Positions 13,411 to 24,838 of a stretch of 64,000 bases of DNA are shown here, one piece after another. Within the stretch, counting starts at the first letter, position 1, and every line of letters starts with the position of its first letter. The position numbers and the translations under genes are program-made. The notes beneath the pieces are model-generated. The model saw nothing but the letters and a program-made list of their open reading frames with translations, ran no database searches and was not told the DNA's origin. The DNA comes from Paraspadella gotoi (Eukaryota > Animalia > Chaetognatha): contig CM119264.1 in assembly GCA_051294375.1 (NCBI GenBank), forward strand, positions 29,066,204 through 29,130,203, read 5' to 3'.

Positions 13411-14038
13411 AAAAAAAAAAAAAAAACAATCTGGCCGCAGATAAAAGTAGAAAAAACATTTTTGCGAAATTTCAAATCATAAAATATTTCACTTTCAGCC
13501 TGAAAATCTGATTCTAATTTTACATCTAAGGAAATCTTTCATATTTTATTCAGATTAAAATTCTATTTTTCTCTCATTTTGAAAAACAACGATTCGCATT
13601 ATGTTCTTGATTTTTGAATTTGAAATTTGTGGATTCCGTTTCTCACATCATAATTTAAAAAAAAGTATTTTACAGTTCTCCGCATTTGTGTTTAGCTTTG
13701 AATCTCTAACTGTATTTAACTGTGATCATTTTATTGTGAAACAATAAAATATATATCATTCCTCTCATAAAGAAATACATTTAAACGTTTTCGTCTACGA
13801 AATAGTGAAAATATGGTAATTTTTTCCTTTTTATTCCTCACATTTTGACAAAAAAAATATGTGCAAAAGCATCAAAGATTCGACGAAAAACCAAAAAAAA
13901 AAAAAAAAAAAAAAAAAACTCAAAGAAAAACGAAAAAAGCGAAAAAACCCAAATCACGGGAGAAAAATAAAAAACGACGGGAAAGAAATTTTTGTCCCGG
14001 GTCCGGATTTGAATAGAATAAAAATGAAAGATTCTGTT

Positions 14039-14088
<50 letters not shown>

Positions 14089-14449
14089 CAAACCGTAAAA
14101 AATAAAATAAAAGGGATAAAAAAGAGGATTTTTTTTTCTGGGAATTTGAAATTGCGTTTCCTGGATCCCTTCCCCGCTGTTGCTTCGGAATTTTATGCCG
14201 AGCCAAAGGGCCCTACCTTCTGTTTTTGCTTTCTCTCTCTCTTTATCTCTCTCTATCTGTCTCTTTCTTTCTATCTCTCTCACAATTTATCTCTCTCTAT
14301 CAGTCTCTCTCTTTCTATATCTCTCTTTTTCACTTTCTCTATGTTTCTATTTCTTTCTATCTCTTTCTCTATCTCTCTCTCTCTCTCGTCTCTCTCTCTC
14401 TCTACTCTCTCTCTCTCTCTCTCCTCTTTCTCTCATCATCTCTTTTATT

Positions 14450-15728
14450 ATTTCACCCTCCCCCTGACAGGCTGGAATCTCTGGAAGCCATCGCGGTGGC
14501 CTGGTAAGATGCCTTGTAATTCGTGAGATTTAATTAAAAACCGTGATACAAGCGAATAAACTGTCAACGAAGGCGTGTTGTTTTAGTTTATATTTGGTTT
14601 CCTCTCTCTCTCTCTCATCTTCTCTCTCTCTCTCTCTCTCTCTCTTCTACTTTCTCTCTCTCCTCTTTTTTTTTCACCCCTCCCCCTGACAGGCTGAATC
14701 CATAGGCCACTCCGGGCGGCTGCGCGAGATATGCCTTTAATTCGAGATTTATATTAAAAAAACCCGTAGATACAAGCTAAAATAACTGTCAACGAAGAGC
14801 CGGTTGTTTTAAGTTTTACTAATTGTTTCCCTCTCTCTCTCTCTCTCTCTCTCTTCTCTTCTCTCTCTCTTCTTCCTCTTCTCTTTTTTTTTCACCCCTC
14901 CCCTGACAGGCTGGGACTCCTGGGCCATCCGGGCTGGCTGGCTAGAATGCCTTTAACTTCGAGACTTTTAATTAAAAAACCCGTGATTACAAGCTAATAA
15001 CTGTCAACAAGCCGGTTGTTTTAAGGTTCATATATTGGTTCCCTCTCTTCATCTTCTCTCTCTCTCCTCTCTCTCTCTACTCATACTTTCTCTTCTCTCT
15101 TTACCTTTTTTCATTCACCCTCCCCTGACAGCTGAATCCTGGCCATTACCCGGCTGCGCTGGCCAGATAGAATGCCTTTAATTCGAGATTTAATTAAAAA
15201 ACCACGTTGATACAAAGCTAATAACTGTCAACGAAGGCCCGGTTGTTTTAAGTTAATATATTTGGTCCCTCTCTCTCTACTCTCTCTCTCGTCTCTCATA
15301 CTTCTCTCCTCTCTCTCTTTACTCTCTCTCTCTTTTTTTTTTCACCCCTTCCCCCTAGACAGGCTGAATCCTGGCCACTCGGCGCTGGGCTGGCTAAGAA
15401 TGCCTTTTAGTATTCGAGATTTACATATAAAAAAACCCGTGATACAAGCTAATAACTGTACAACCGATAAAGGCCGGTATGTTTTTAAGATTATATTGGT
15501 TTCCCTCTCTTCTACTCATCTCGTCTTCTCCTCTCTCTCTAACTTCTCTCTTCTCTTTTCTCTCTCTCTCTTTTTTTTTCCCCTCACACACTTTGACAAG
15601 GCTGAATCCTCGGCCATCCGGGCTGGCTTGGCGAGAATGCCTTTAATTCGCAACGATTTAATTAAAAACCGTGATACAAGCGATAACAATGTCAACGAAA
15701 GCCGGTATGTATTTACGTTCTATATTGG

Positions 15729-15791
<63 letters not shown>

Positions 15792-15946
15792 TTCTTTTTT
15801 CACCCTCTCCCCCTGACAGGCTGAATCCTGGCCATCCGGGCTGGCTGGCAGAATGCCTTTAATTCGAGATTTAATTAAAAAAACCCCGTGATACAAGCGA
15901 ATAACTGTCAACGAAGGCCGGTTGTTTTAAGTTTATATGAGTTTCC

Positions 15947-15990
<44 letters not shown>
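14450..15990 (+). repeat. ~220-240-bp tandem satellite, 7 copies, each ending in a (CT)n tract
   Basis: Core ttcacccctcccctgacaggctgaatcctggccatccgggctgg...aatgcctttaattcgagatttaattaaaaaaccgtgatacaagc...ctgtcaacgaaggccggttgttttaag starts at ~14450, 14670, 14885, 15110, 15340, 15580 and 15795. Confidence 0.92.
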
Positions 15991-16006
<16 letters not shown>

Positions 16007-16602
16007 CTCTCCTCTCTTCTCTTTCTTTCTCTTTTTCTCTCTCTCTCCTCCTTCTTTTCTTTCTCTTTCTCATTCTCTATCTCTCTCTCACATTTACATG
16101 CTACCGTAAAAAATTTTACTCTATTCAGTTTGATACATTACTTTTTCGTATACTGTATAAAAATATTGTATAAAATAAAACCGCCGACAGCGTTCTTGTA
16201 TTCAATTAATTTCTATCGGAATTCGTGGGTTCACAAATAGGCGTGTCCACCTCAGCGGCAACAGCCGCGCAGCGCCGATTCACCCGCATCAGCAACGCAT
16301 CGCCGCGTCGCCGCTTCCACCGAAATAAGTTGCTAAATTTAGATTTCGCGCGAGTTTTTCTTAAGTCAAAAAAAAAAAAAAAAAGAAATCAGGTTAAAAA
16401 TAAAATAGAAAATAAATATATAAATAAAATTTTTCCCCCGCTTTTTTCAAAGGCGAAATTTTATTTTTTAGTTTGGATAAACATCGAATAACGAGTTTGT
16501 GAGTTTCTCCCCCGCGTCGCTTTTTTATTCTGAAAACGGCATTTCTCAGGGGAGGCATTACTCTCGGCATTACTCGCGGCATTAGCGAGAGAGAGTGCGT
16601 TG

Positions 16603-16642
<40 letters not shown>

Positions 16643-17434
16643 GGGTATTTTCTCTCGTCATACCGAAAGGTGTTTACAGTTCGTTATCACCGAGAGAGTA
16701 TTACCTTTTTCATCGGTTTGATTCGGTAGTTAATTCCAAATTTTCGTTCATTCGCGTCGAGGCTGAGATATGAGGACGAGAGGTTTTTCCGCGCTTTACT
16801 ATTCGTTGTCTCGTATCATAAACGTAAAAGTTAATTAAAAGTTAATTAAAAGTTAATTATCATAATTTATTTTAAATTTAAATTTATTTAGTATTACTTA
16901 ATACTTACGATCTATTTTTTAAATCACATTCCAGTTGAAGAGCCGATCTGTAGATTTGAATGAAAAAAAAAAGGGATTTTTTTTATTATTTTCATTTTAT
17001 ATAACTTATTTTCTCTTCTTTCCCATGCGACGTTCAAAGTTTCAAGCCGGCGCCACCTGTACTTCTCCGTCTACATGACCTCTGCGCTTACTACCTTACT
17101 GTAGCACCGACTGTTACTGTTGCACCCAACTTTCTTCGTATCACGCTTCTCCCGAATGGCCACATTTTCCGAATGCGATTCATTTCAACTTAAACTGAAA
17201 AATAAATTTTTTTTGGTGCTTTTTTTTAGGTTTGGGATTTGGTTAGAAATAAGGATAGACTAAGGATAGGGTTGGGGAATAAGGTTAGACATTAGTTTTA
17301 AGAGTTGGCAAGAGATTATGGTTAAAATTATTAAAGTTACGGGATTAAGGAACAGAAATTGGGCGCTTCGGAAAAATAGTACCAAAAAGTCTTTTTTCAC
17401 AGTCCATCATCAACGACCCAAAATATTAACCCCA

Positions 17435-17600
17435 GACGGGTTACTCTGACTTTGATGCCACTTTTCCCAATTACATACGGATCACTCTGACGTGAATACC
17501 GCCTTTCCTGATTACATACGGTTTACTATGACGTGAATGCTTCCATTTCCAATTACATACGGGTACTATGACGTGGATCACTCCTTTTCCAATTACATCC
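17435..17600 (+). repeat. ~40-bp tandem repeat, about 4 copies
   Basis: Recurring ttcc(c)aattacatacgg...act(c/a)tgacgtgaat. Confidence 0.8.
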
Positions 17601-17754
17601 TTTCCTCCGATGCCGTGGATGGAAATTTATCTCGAATTGAATTATCGCCTTCATTTTCTCTTGGTTTTTTTTTCGTGCCCATATTTTTTTTCTTTTTTTT
17701 CACCGGAAGTGAACCTGCCTCCCTCGTCACGTGACTTGTGAGGCCGACATCGTG

Positions 17755-17788
<34 letters not shown>

Positions 17789-17882
17789 TGAATGATAACC
17801 GTGATAAATGAAAAACGAGACAAGACGCTTGCCTCCCTTTTTTCTTTCTTCTCTTATATCTCCCTTATTTTTTTCATTTTTC

Positions 17883-17958
<76 letters not shown>

Positions 17959-18945
17959 TTTTTTTCTTTCTTTCTTTTTTTTCTTTCTTTCTTTTTTTCT
18001 TTCTTTCTTATTTTCTTTCTTTCTTTTTCTAATTTTTTTTTCAAATTTCTTTCTTTCTTTCCTTCTTTCTTTCCTTCTTTTTTTACTTTCTTTCTTTCCT
18101 TTTTCTTTCTTTCTTATTTTACTTTATTTCTTTCTCTTTTTTTTCTTTTTCTCTTTTTTTCTTTCTTTCTATCTTTATTTCTTTCTTTCTTTCGTTCGTT
18201 CTTTCTTTCTTTCATTCTTTCTTCTCATCTCTTTTTTCATTTTTTCTCTCTCTCTGTTTATATCTCTTTATATTTCTATTATATTTTCTTTTTCTTCCTC
18301 CTCTCATTTTCCTTTCTCTTTTTTCTTCCCCTCGCTTTCTCCCCTCTAGCGGCGAAGGCTCATTTTCTCTCATTTTCCCGCGCGCGGTTTTCTCTCTCAC
18401 TTTTCTCTCATCGCACTTCCATACGTACACGCCGTTTCCAATTATCTAAATGAATGGATGACGAGGCGGGAGGGCGGCGGTGGCGGTGGCGGGGTGGCGG
18501 GCGGCGGTGGCGGCGGCAGCGCGGCGGCGGCGGCGGCGGCGCGTTCGAGAACAGAGCCTCCTCAACTGTCGTTGTCAAGGACTACCCATTTTCGTCTTCA
18601 TATAATCCATTTGGAAACCGCCATCGCTGCCGCCTCCGCCGCCGCAGCTGCCGCCGCTGCCACCGCCATTAACCGCCGCCGCATTACGCCACCCTGCCTC
18701 AGTCGACTCGATCTTCGATTTTAAGATCGTCGTCTGTTGTTCTCTGCCATCAACTTTCGCTCGTCGCCGGCGCTTCCATCGTTCCACGCCGCCGCCGCCG
18801 CCGCCGCCGCCGACCCGGCGTGGCTTCCCGCGGCGGTAATTGCTCCAGCGATGGTCTTATTGCGCCACCTGGGAGGAAACTCGTTTTCTAGTGATGGAGA
18901 AAAACAGTTGAGCCGTTTGAAGATATTACCTTTTTTTACTTTTTT

Positions 18946-19245
18946 GTTGCGCCGCGAGTACTCGCGGAGCAACTCTACAACACTTTTCGGTCGGTCGGTA
19001 TGTCTGTCCGTCGGTCTGTCCTACTTACGTTAAAAATGCTCGCTTTTATTTGGTTGCTCATTTGTTAAGACAGGAAGAAACCTCAAATCTAAGGAACTGC
19101 TAGCGCCGCCTTCGGAAAATCCTAAAACTATAAAGAATAAAAGACGATTTCCAATGCAGTGCGTGTCATAAATATAAATATAATATAAAAACATTTGTTA
19201 TATATAAAGTCTCTGCGGCGCAACACATTTGATGGACCGATATTG
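18946..19245 (+). mobile_element. Helentron-associated (HINE/DINE-1-like) non-autonomous element
   Basis: 5' GTTGCGCCGC overlapping the perfect palindrome CCGCGAGTACTCGCGG (18952-18967), a GGTC/GTCC microsatellite, 3' GCGGCGCAAC (19215-19224) and T-run flanks. Full-length homology to the inverted copy at 41781-42148. Confidence 0.7.
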
Positions 19246-20010
19246 TTTTTTTTTTTGTTAATTCGTATCTTTTAGGTTTATTGCCTTTTTTTCTCGCTTT
19301 TTTTCTTTTTTATCACTAACAAAATATAATTCAAAATTTCGCTTTATCCAAGAACTCTCTCTCTTTTGAAAAATCCATGTCTATATTTTTAACAAACGTT
19401 TTGCCAGATATAGAAATAAATAACAATCTTAAAGTGAATTAAATGTAGGAGTTCAGACCCGTATTTTCATGAATCGCAACGTCATAATTTTTACCTTTTA
19501 GCTTTACTTTACCTTACCTTACCTTTTAGCCTTACCTCCTCGTTATTTCAGTTTATTTCAACTTACATTATGTCTAAAATGCGAATTAAAATGTAAAAAT
19601 TGTTTTCTTTTTAAATTCAATTCCAACTCATTTATGCCATTTCTTAAGTCAAAATGCGCTCAGTTTGAAATCCCTTCCTATCGTTTCACGTGAATAAAAT
19701 TCCTTAAATTTTCACGAAAGATATTTAACAGGGTTTTATTACGAATGTTATACGTAGAAAAAAATTGCTTTCCGGCTGCTTCACAATTCACAGATGTTCT
19801 AAAATTTTCTTTCTGAAATGTTTCGAAAATCGTTGTGATTAAGCAGAGTTATTCTTTTTTTATTGATAAAAGTTTTTCAATGTATCGGTTTTCTTTTTAT
19901 TTTTTTTTTCAATCTATCGGTTTTCTTTTTCTTTTTCATCCCAACAAATTGTCGGTTTTAGCATCAAAAAGCCAAGAAAAATTCTTTCTCGAAAATTTTC
20001 ATCATAAAAG

Positions 20011-20054
<44 letters not shown>

Positions 20055-20194
20055 AGAGAGAAGAGAGAGAGAGAGAGAGAGTTAGAGAGAGAGAGAGAGA
20101 GAGAAGAGAGAGAGAGAAGGGCGAGGGAGCAAGAAGGGAAAAAGGTGAATAGAATGAAATAACTGATATAAGATAGATTAGATAGATAGATAGC

Positions 20195-20237
<43 letters not shown>

Positions 20238-20849
20238 CATAGATAGATAGATAGATAGATAAACGAATAAGCACAAGAAAAAAAGGAGGCAGCAGACAGC
20301 GAGAGAGAAGACGAAACGAGTCGCTCTTTTTTCTTTTTTTCTTTTTTTTAGCAAATTCGTTTTCAAACATTTTTTACAATTTTTTTGCGCCTCTTGTCTG
20401 AAATCAATTGAAGGAATCAAAACGTAGGAGCCTCTTTGCGTCACTAGTGAAAGAGAAAAGGAATCTGACGCAGACGTGGCGCGAAGTGTCTATAGACGAT
20501 TGGAGAGTGTCGAAAGACGGCGGTACTTAACGAAGTTGGCCCATGGCTGATGCTGCAGCTTGCATGTGGATGCGGCCATTCGCGTCTTTGCCACAACAAG
20601 CTTTGGAAGTGGCTAAGATGGTTCTTTTAGCAAAGATTGGCAGCGGCGGCGTTGTTGGCGTTGGCGTTGTCGGCAGCGGCGCTGGCGGCGCTCAAACGGT
20701 CGCAATATCAGTCGTCTATGGTAATTTAATCAAAAAAGAGAAAAATAAAGCGGAAAAAAGCAGCGGACAACCGCAGCAGCAGCAGCAGCGGGAGTCGCAG
20801 CCGCATCAGGTTGAGATGGAAAGTTGGAAAGAGAGATAACTGAAAAGGG

Positions 20850-21010
20850 GATGTGAAGTAAGGGTTGTAGCGGTAGTTTTTCATACCCCGTGACACAAAG
20901 GACTCGGGTTGGCGCCCTGCTGATTCACACAAGAAAGCGAGACGGGGCGTTTAACCCACCTGCAGTGACGGACTCCAGCCCGATCCGAAGTTCGGGACCT
21001 TGTGTGCAAC
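20850..21010 (+). mobile_element. Degenerate copy of the tRNA-derived SINE seen at 53410
   Basis: gacggggcgtttaacccacctg...cagcccgatccgaag matches gacggggcgcttaacccgcctg...cagcctgatccgaag at ~53498-53546. Confidence 0.5.
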
Positions 21011-21339
21011 GGATGGGGATCTGCTCGCGGCAGCGTCTTCCACAGGGTTCCATTAGAAATAAAACTAAAAAATATTTCCAGACTTCGCGTCTGGTCAATA
21101 TTTAGCGGTCATCTTAGTTGACCTTTTTTGACCAGACTTTTCATCAGTCTAGTAGTCGATTGGAAAATAATAAACATTTTCTACAATGACTTAAAGGCGA
21201 TTAGTTTAAAAAGTACATTGTTAAAAATTTTATTGGTTCTAAGAAAATACGACGAATGGGTCGGAAATCTTAGGGACAACCTTCCTTCCTTCCTTCCTTC
21301 CTTCCTTCCTTCCTTCCTTCCTTCCTTCCTTTCTTTTTT

Positions 21340-21422
<83 letters not shown>

Positions 21423-21600
21423 ACTAATCCAGTCTTTTTTCTTTCTTCAGATTTATTTTCAAATCTTTTTTTTCTCCTGTAATTCTATTTCTTTATTTCC
21501 CACTAGGTGGCGCGTTTCGAGTGACGTCACCATCAACTTCCAGATGGCGTTGCGATTAAAATGGAACCAACGACGCGAGATTCACACGTCCATCAAAAAG

Positions 21601-21656
<56 letters not shown>

Positions 21657-22070
21657 TCTCTTTCTCTCTCCATCGGTCATTCCTCACCCGTTCCCTCCCA
21701 TCACTCTCAAAAAACCCCAGGATGTGAAGTGAAACTTTCACGTTGACTTTTTCACGTCATTTCTTTCAAATCTTTCGGGCGACACGAGAACTAACGAATC
21801 TTTAAACCGTCGCGTGACGCTTCTCCGAAGGTGACGAGTAAATCCCCGCGCACGTCGACGAATACGTCACGGTTTCACGCGTCTTGGCGAAAAAAAGGAC
21901 GTGAAACCCAATTACAAGATAATTTCCTTCTTTCCTCTTTAGGCCCTCGTCGCTTTAAAGATTTATGCTCGATCGGGGCCGGAGTCGCGTCAGATCGTCC
22001 GGTCTATCGGAAGTTGGATTACCGCCAAATTCATTCATTGGCTGAAAAAGGGGTGGGATCGTGCTGGATG

Positions 22071-22138
<68 letters not shown>

Positions 22139-22491
22139 TAGACAGAAAGACAGAACAACCAAATCTGTGAAATGGGAAATCCCCTTCAACTGGTGACCCG
22201 GCGGTGACCGTCTCTTCACGCGTGACACGCCCCCGGACGGATTCACGCTCGAGCAAGGTGGGCGTGTCCTTTCGCGCTCGACCGTAGCCCCCCTCCGGAT
22301 GAAGCCCCGGGATGTGAGCCCCGGATGAAGCCCCCGGATGTAAATCCCTGCCCCACGCTCGGACAGAGAGAGAGAGAGAGGGAAAGAGTTCCATCGCTCG
22401 GACAGCTTTTAAAAAAAAGTTGGGCCGGGTGAGCCAATTCAATTCTGCGACCGGCTGGAGCGGGGAGAGAGAGAGAGAGAGAAGAGAGAGG

Positions 22492-22529
<38 letters not shown>

Positions 22530-22804
22530 CATTTCCTTCTTCAATTAAAGGAAAATCAGGCGACGACGAAGTTGGTTTCAATTTCTGCGTCGATTGAACT
22601 GAGCTCGACATTTGGCGTTTGGGTGGAAAGAGATGGAGGATGGGGGATGGGGATGGGGATGGGGATAGGGGATGGAGATAGGGGAGTGGGAGAAGGAGAT
22701 AGGGATTGGGAGAAAAAGTGAAGATCAGAGATGGTATGAAGGATATTAAGGGAAGGGTGAATGAAGAAGAGGGATCAGGAGATTTAATGAGATGGTGATG
22801 ATGA

Positions 22805-23119
22805 AAAGGATATGGATATTTGGAGATGGTGAGAAAGAGATGGATATTTGGAGATGGTGAGAAAGAGATGGATATTTGAGATGGTGAGAAAGAGATGAGA
22901 TATTTGGAGATGGTGAGAAAGAGATGGATATTTGGAGATGGTGAGAAAGAGATAGGATATTTGGAGATGGTGAGAAAGAGATGGATATTTGGAGATGGTG
23001 AGAAAGAGATAGATATTTGGAGATGGTGAGAACGAGATGGATATTGGAGATGGTGAGAAAGAGATAGATATTTGGAGATGGTGAGAACGAGATGAATATT
23101 TGGAGATGGTGAGAAAGAG
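22805..23119 (+). repeat. 28-bp minisatellite (ggatatttggagatggtgagaaagagat)n
   Basis: About 11 tandem units ending exactly at the LTR TG. Confidence 0.93.
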
Positions 23120-23505
23120 TGTTGGAGGAGATTTTATGTGGATCGCCAGCGGGCGAAGGTGGCTCACGTCAATGGGGAGCTGGAACGCATCGGGATCTCC
23201 AACGGCGCCCACCAATCAGGGCTGCGAGCGGACGGCGCTGTCGACAGATGCTAAAGTCTTACGGTATGGATCTGAGAGAGATACAGAGGCACACAGTATG
23301 AATGAGGGAGACGCGGACCAAGAACCGTATATTCTGACACATATCATTTATTAATATAGCACGATACTCTTTTCACTAAAAGGAAACAGATTAATAAATG
23401 ATAAGCAATGACAATCAATAAAGATTATTTATAACTGAAATGAGTTTATAAATGTTCGTAGTTTCCATCGAGTCCATCGGCGTCCACGCGAATCCGTCTC
23501 CAACA
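23120..23505 (-). repeat. 3' LTR (386 bp)
   Basis: Perfect terminal inverted repeat TGTTGGAG...CTCCAACA. Direct repeat of 35409-35783. Confidence 0.95.
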
Positions 23506-23519
23506 TTCCTTCCCCTTTT
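23506..23519 (-). promoter_or_regulatory. Polypurine tract (PPT)
   Basis: Minus strand AAAAGGGGAAGGAA directly abuts the TG of the 3' LTR. Confidence 0.9.
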
Positions 23520-23548
23520 CTAAATTGGTCGACCCGACCAATACACAT

Positions 23549-24838
23549 TCAGCGCGAAAAGCGCGCGCAGAATTTAAAGATTAACAGGGCCATGATTGAC
23601 CTGTGGAAAAGGGCCGTTGACGAGGGTTGCGCATTTCCATGGAAGTGCAGACCTAACGGACAAAATGCGCCTCCGGTAACCTTTCTCGAAATAGTCTCCA
23701 CTGACGCCTCCCAACCGTGTTCCTCGCAAACTGTCTCCGCGTCGACACAATTCGTCGGATACCAAGAGAATTCTCGGCGAAAGAAGTCGAAAAGAGGAAC
23801 CTTTTTGAACGTGAAAAAACGACGATGCGGAGCAGTATCAAGCATTTTGATCATTTCTCGTGTAACGGCGCGATCTTTGTCGGGAGCGAAGTGGAAAACT
23901 TGATAATCGCAAAGAACGGATAGGAAATCGACGCTCGTCTTCTCTAAGCCTGGTAACGGGCGATGATACGCGATCGCAAATTCCTCTGACTTTAGGAGAG
24001 CGTTATGGAACTTTTTCAATTCGGTATTATTCGTCACTAACAGACCGTCAAATCTTTTCCCTCGCAGCCGAACGGGAAGATCGTGAAGCTTCTCGTTGAA
24101 GGGAGTGCTGCACGATGGAACGAAGGAATCAAATTCCGCTGCAGGAAACGTCTTACTAGGAGCACCACGAAGTTTCAAAAGATGTGAGGCGAGCGGCGAG
24201 TGTAACTCTGCCACTCGCGAAGCGCAGGTTTGGAAAAGTTCATTCTCTCCAGTCGCAATCGCCTTACATGAGAAATACATGTCGTTTGTATCTATTTCGC
24301 CGCGCAAGAATGAATCCATTAAAATGTCGGTACGAGATTTGCAGATAATACGAAAATAATATCGAGACAATGGTAGTTTTGCTGCTTCTGAGCAAGTTCT
24401 AATAAAGCGGCCAATTCGGTAATTAGAGAACTTTTTCCTAAAATCGTCGATATCGTTCATCGATGGATAGAAACCCGTTCCGACAACCGAAGCGATTTCC
24501 GCTTGGTCGAACTGTTGAGCTGCAGCCTTGAGCGTATGCGTCCTTCCGTCGCTTTCAAGGAAATAATCCAGCAAAATCATTGGAGAGCAAGAAAAGTATT
24601 TGAGCTGAACAAGCGAATGCAGGCGGCCGGAACCAAACACTTTCTTGTCGAGAATGGCCAACATGAATTCGTTCAGGCGTTGGGCTTTAAAGAAACGCAT
24701 CATCGCGCGTGCTAGGAAATAAGCTTTATGTCGGTTATTCTGTTTCCTCATGGGCATATGACAGAGGATATCGGCCCATTCTTCGATCGTTTTAAGGTAA
24801 TAGTAAAGGGCGCTGAAAAACTCTTGAGGAACTGGTGA
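23549..24838 (-). CDS. Accessory ORF, C-terminal part: helical region plus degenerate 3'-5' exonuclease-like (RNase D/WRN-type) domain; probably fused to the upstream ORF
   Basis: 402-aa ORF (23549-24757) whose frame stays open to ~24838. The C-terminal ~165 aa (LLVTNNTELKKFHNALLKSEEFAIAYH...VDFLSVLCDYQVFHF...MIKMLD...FFTF...NCVDAET...SVETISRKVTG) follow the DEDDy fold pattern without the acidic catalytic residues. Judged by eye. Confidence 0.65.
   Translation of the reverse strand, partial: SPVPQEFFSALYYYLKTIEEWADILCHMPMRKQNNRHKAYFLARAMMRFFKAQRLNEFMLAILDKKVFGSGRLHSLVQLKYFSCSPMILLDYFLESDGRTHTLKAAAQQFDQAEIASVVGTGFYPSMNDIDDFRKKFSNYRIGRFIRTCSEAAKLPLSRYYFRIICKSRTDILMDSFLRGEIDTNDMYFSCKAIATGENELFQTCASRVAELHSPLASHLLKLRGAPSKTFPAAEFDSFVPSCSTPFNEKLHDLPVRLRGKRFDGLLVTNNTELKKFHNALLKSEEFAIAYHRPLPGLEKTSVDFLSVLCDYQVFHFAPDKDRAVTREMIKMLDTAPHRRFFTFKKVPLFDFFRREFSWYPTNCVDAETVCEEHGWEASVETISRKVTGGAFCPLGLHFHGNAQPSSTALFHRSIMALLIFKFCARFSR

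Noticed and set aside
14450-15990. Repeat-spacer-like periodicity suggesting a CRISPR array
   Set aside because: The repeats are ~150 bp, the spacers are (CT)n microsatellite, the context is eukaryotic and there are no cas genes.
18450-18870. GC-rich (GCC/GGC)n region with a possible minus-strand acceptor (cctcccag at ~18869) and a short terminal exon WRNKTIAG...NNRRRS*
   Set aside because: No partner exons or recognisable domain could be established. It may be a real exon but is unsupported.
20543-20839. 98-aa Gly/Gln-rich ORF
   Set aside because: Low complexity, with no splice or homology support.
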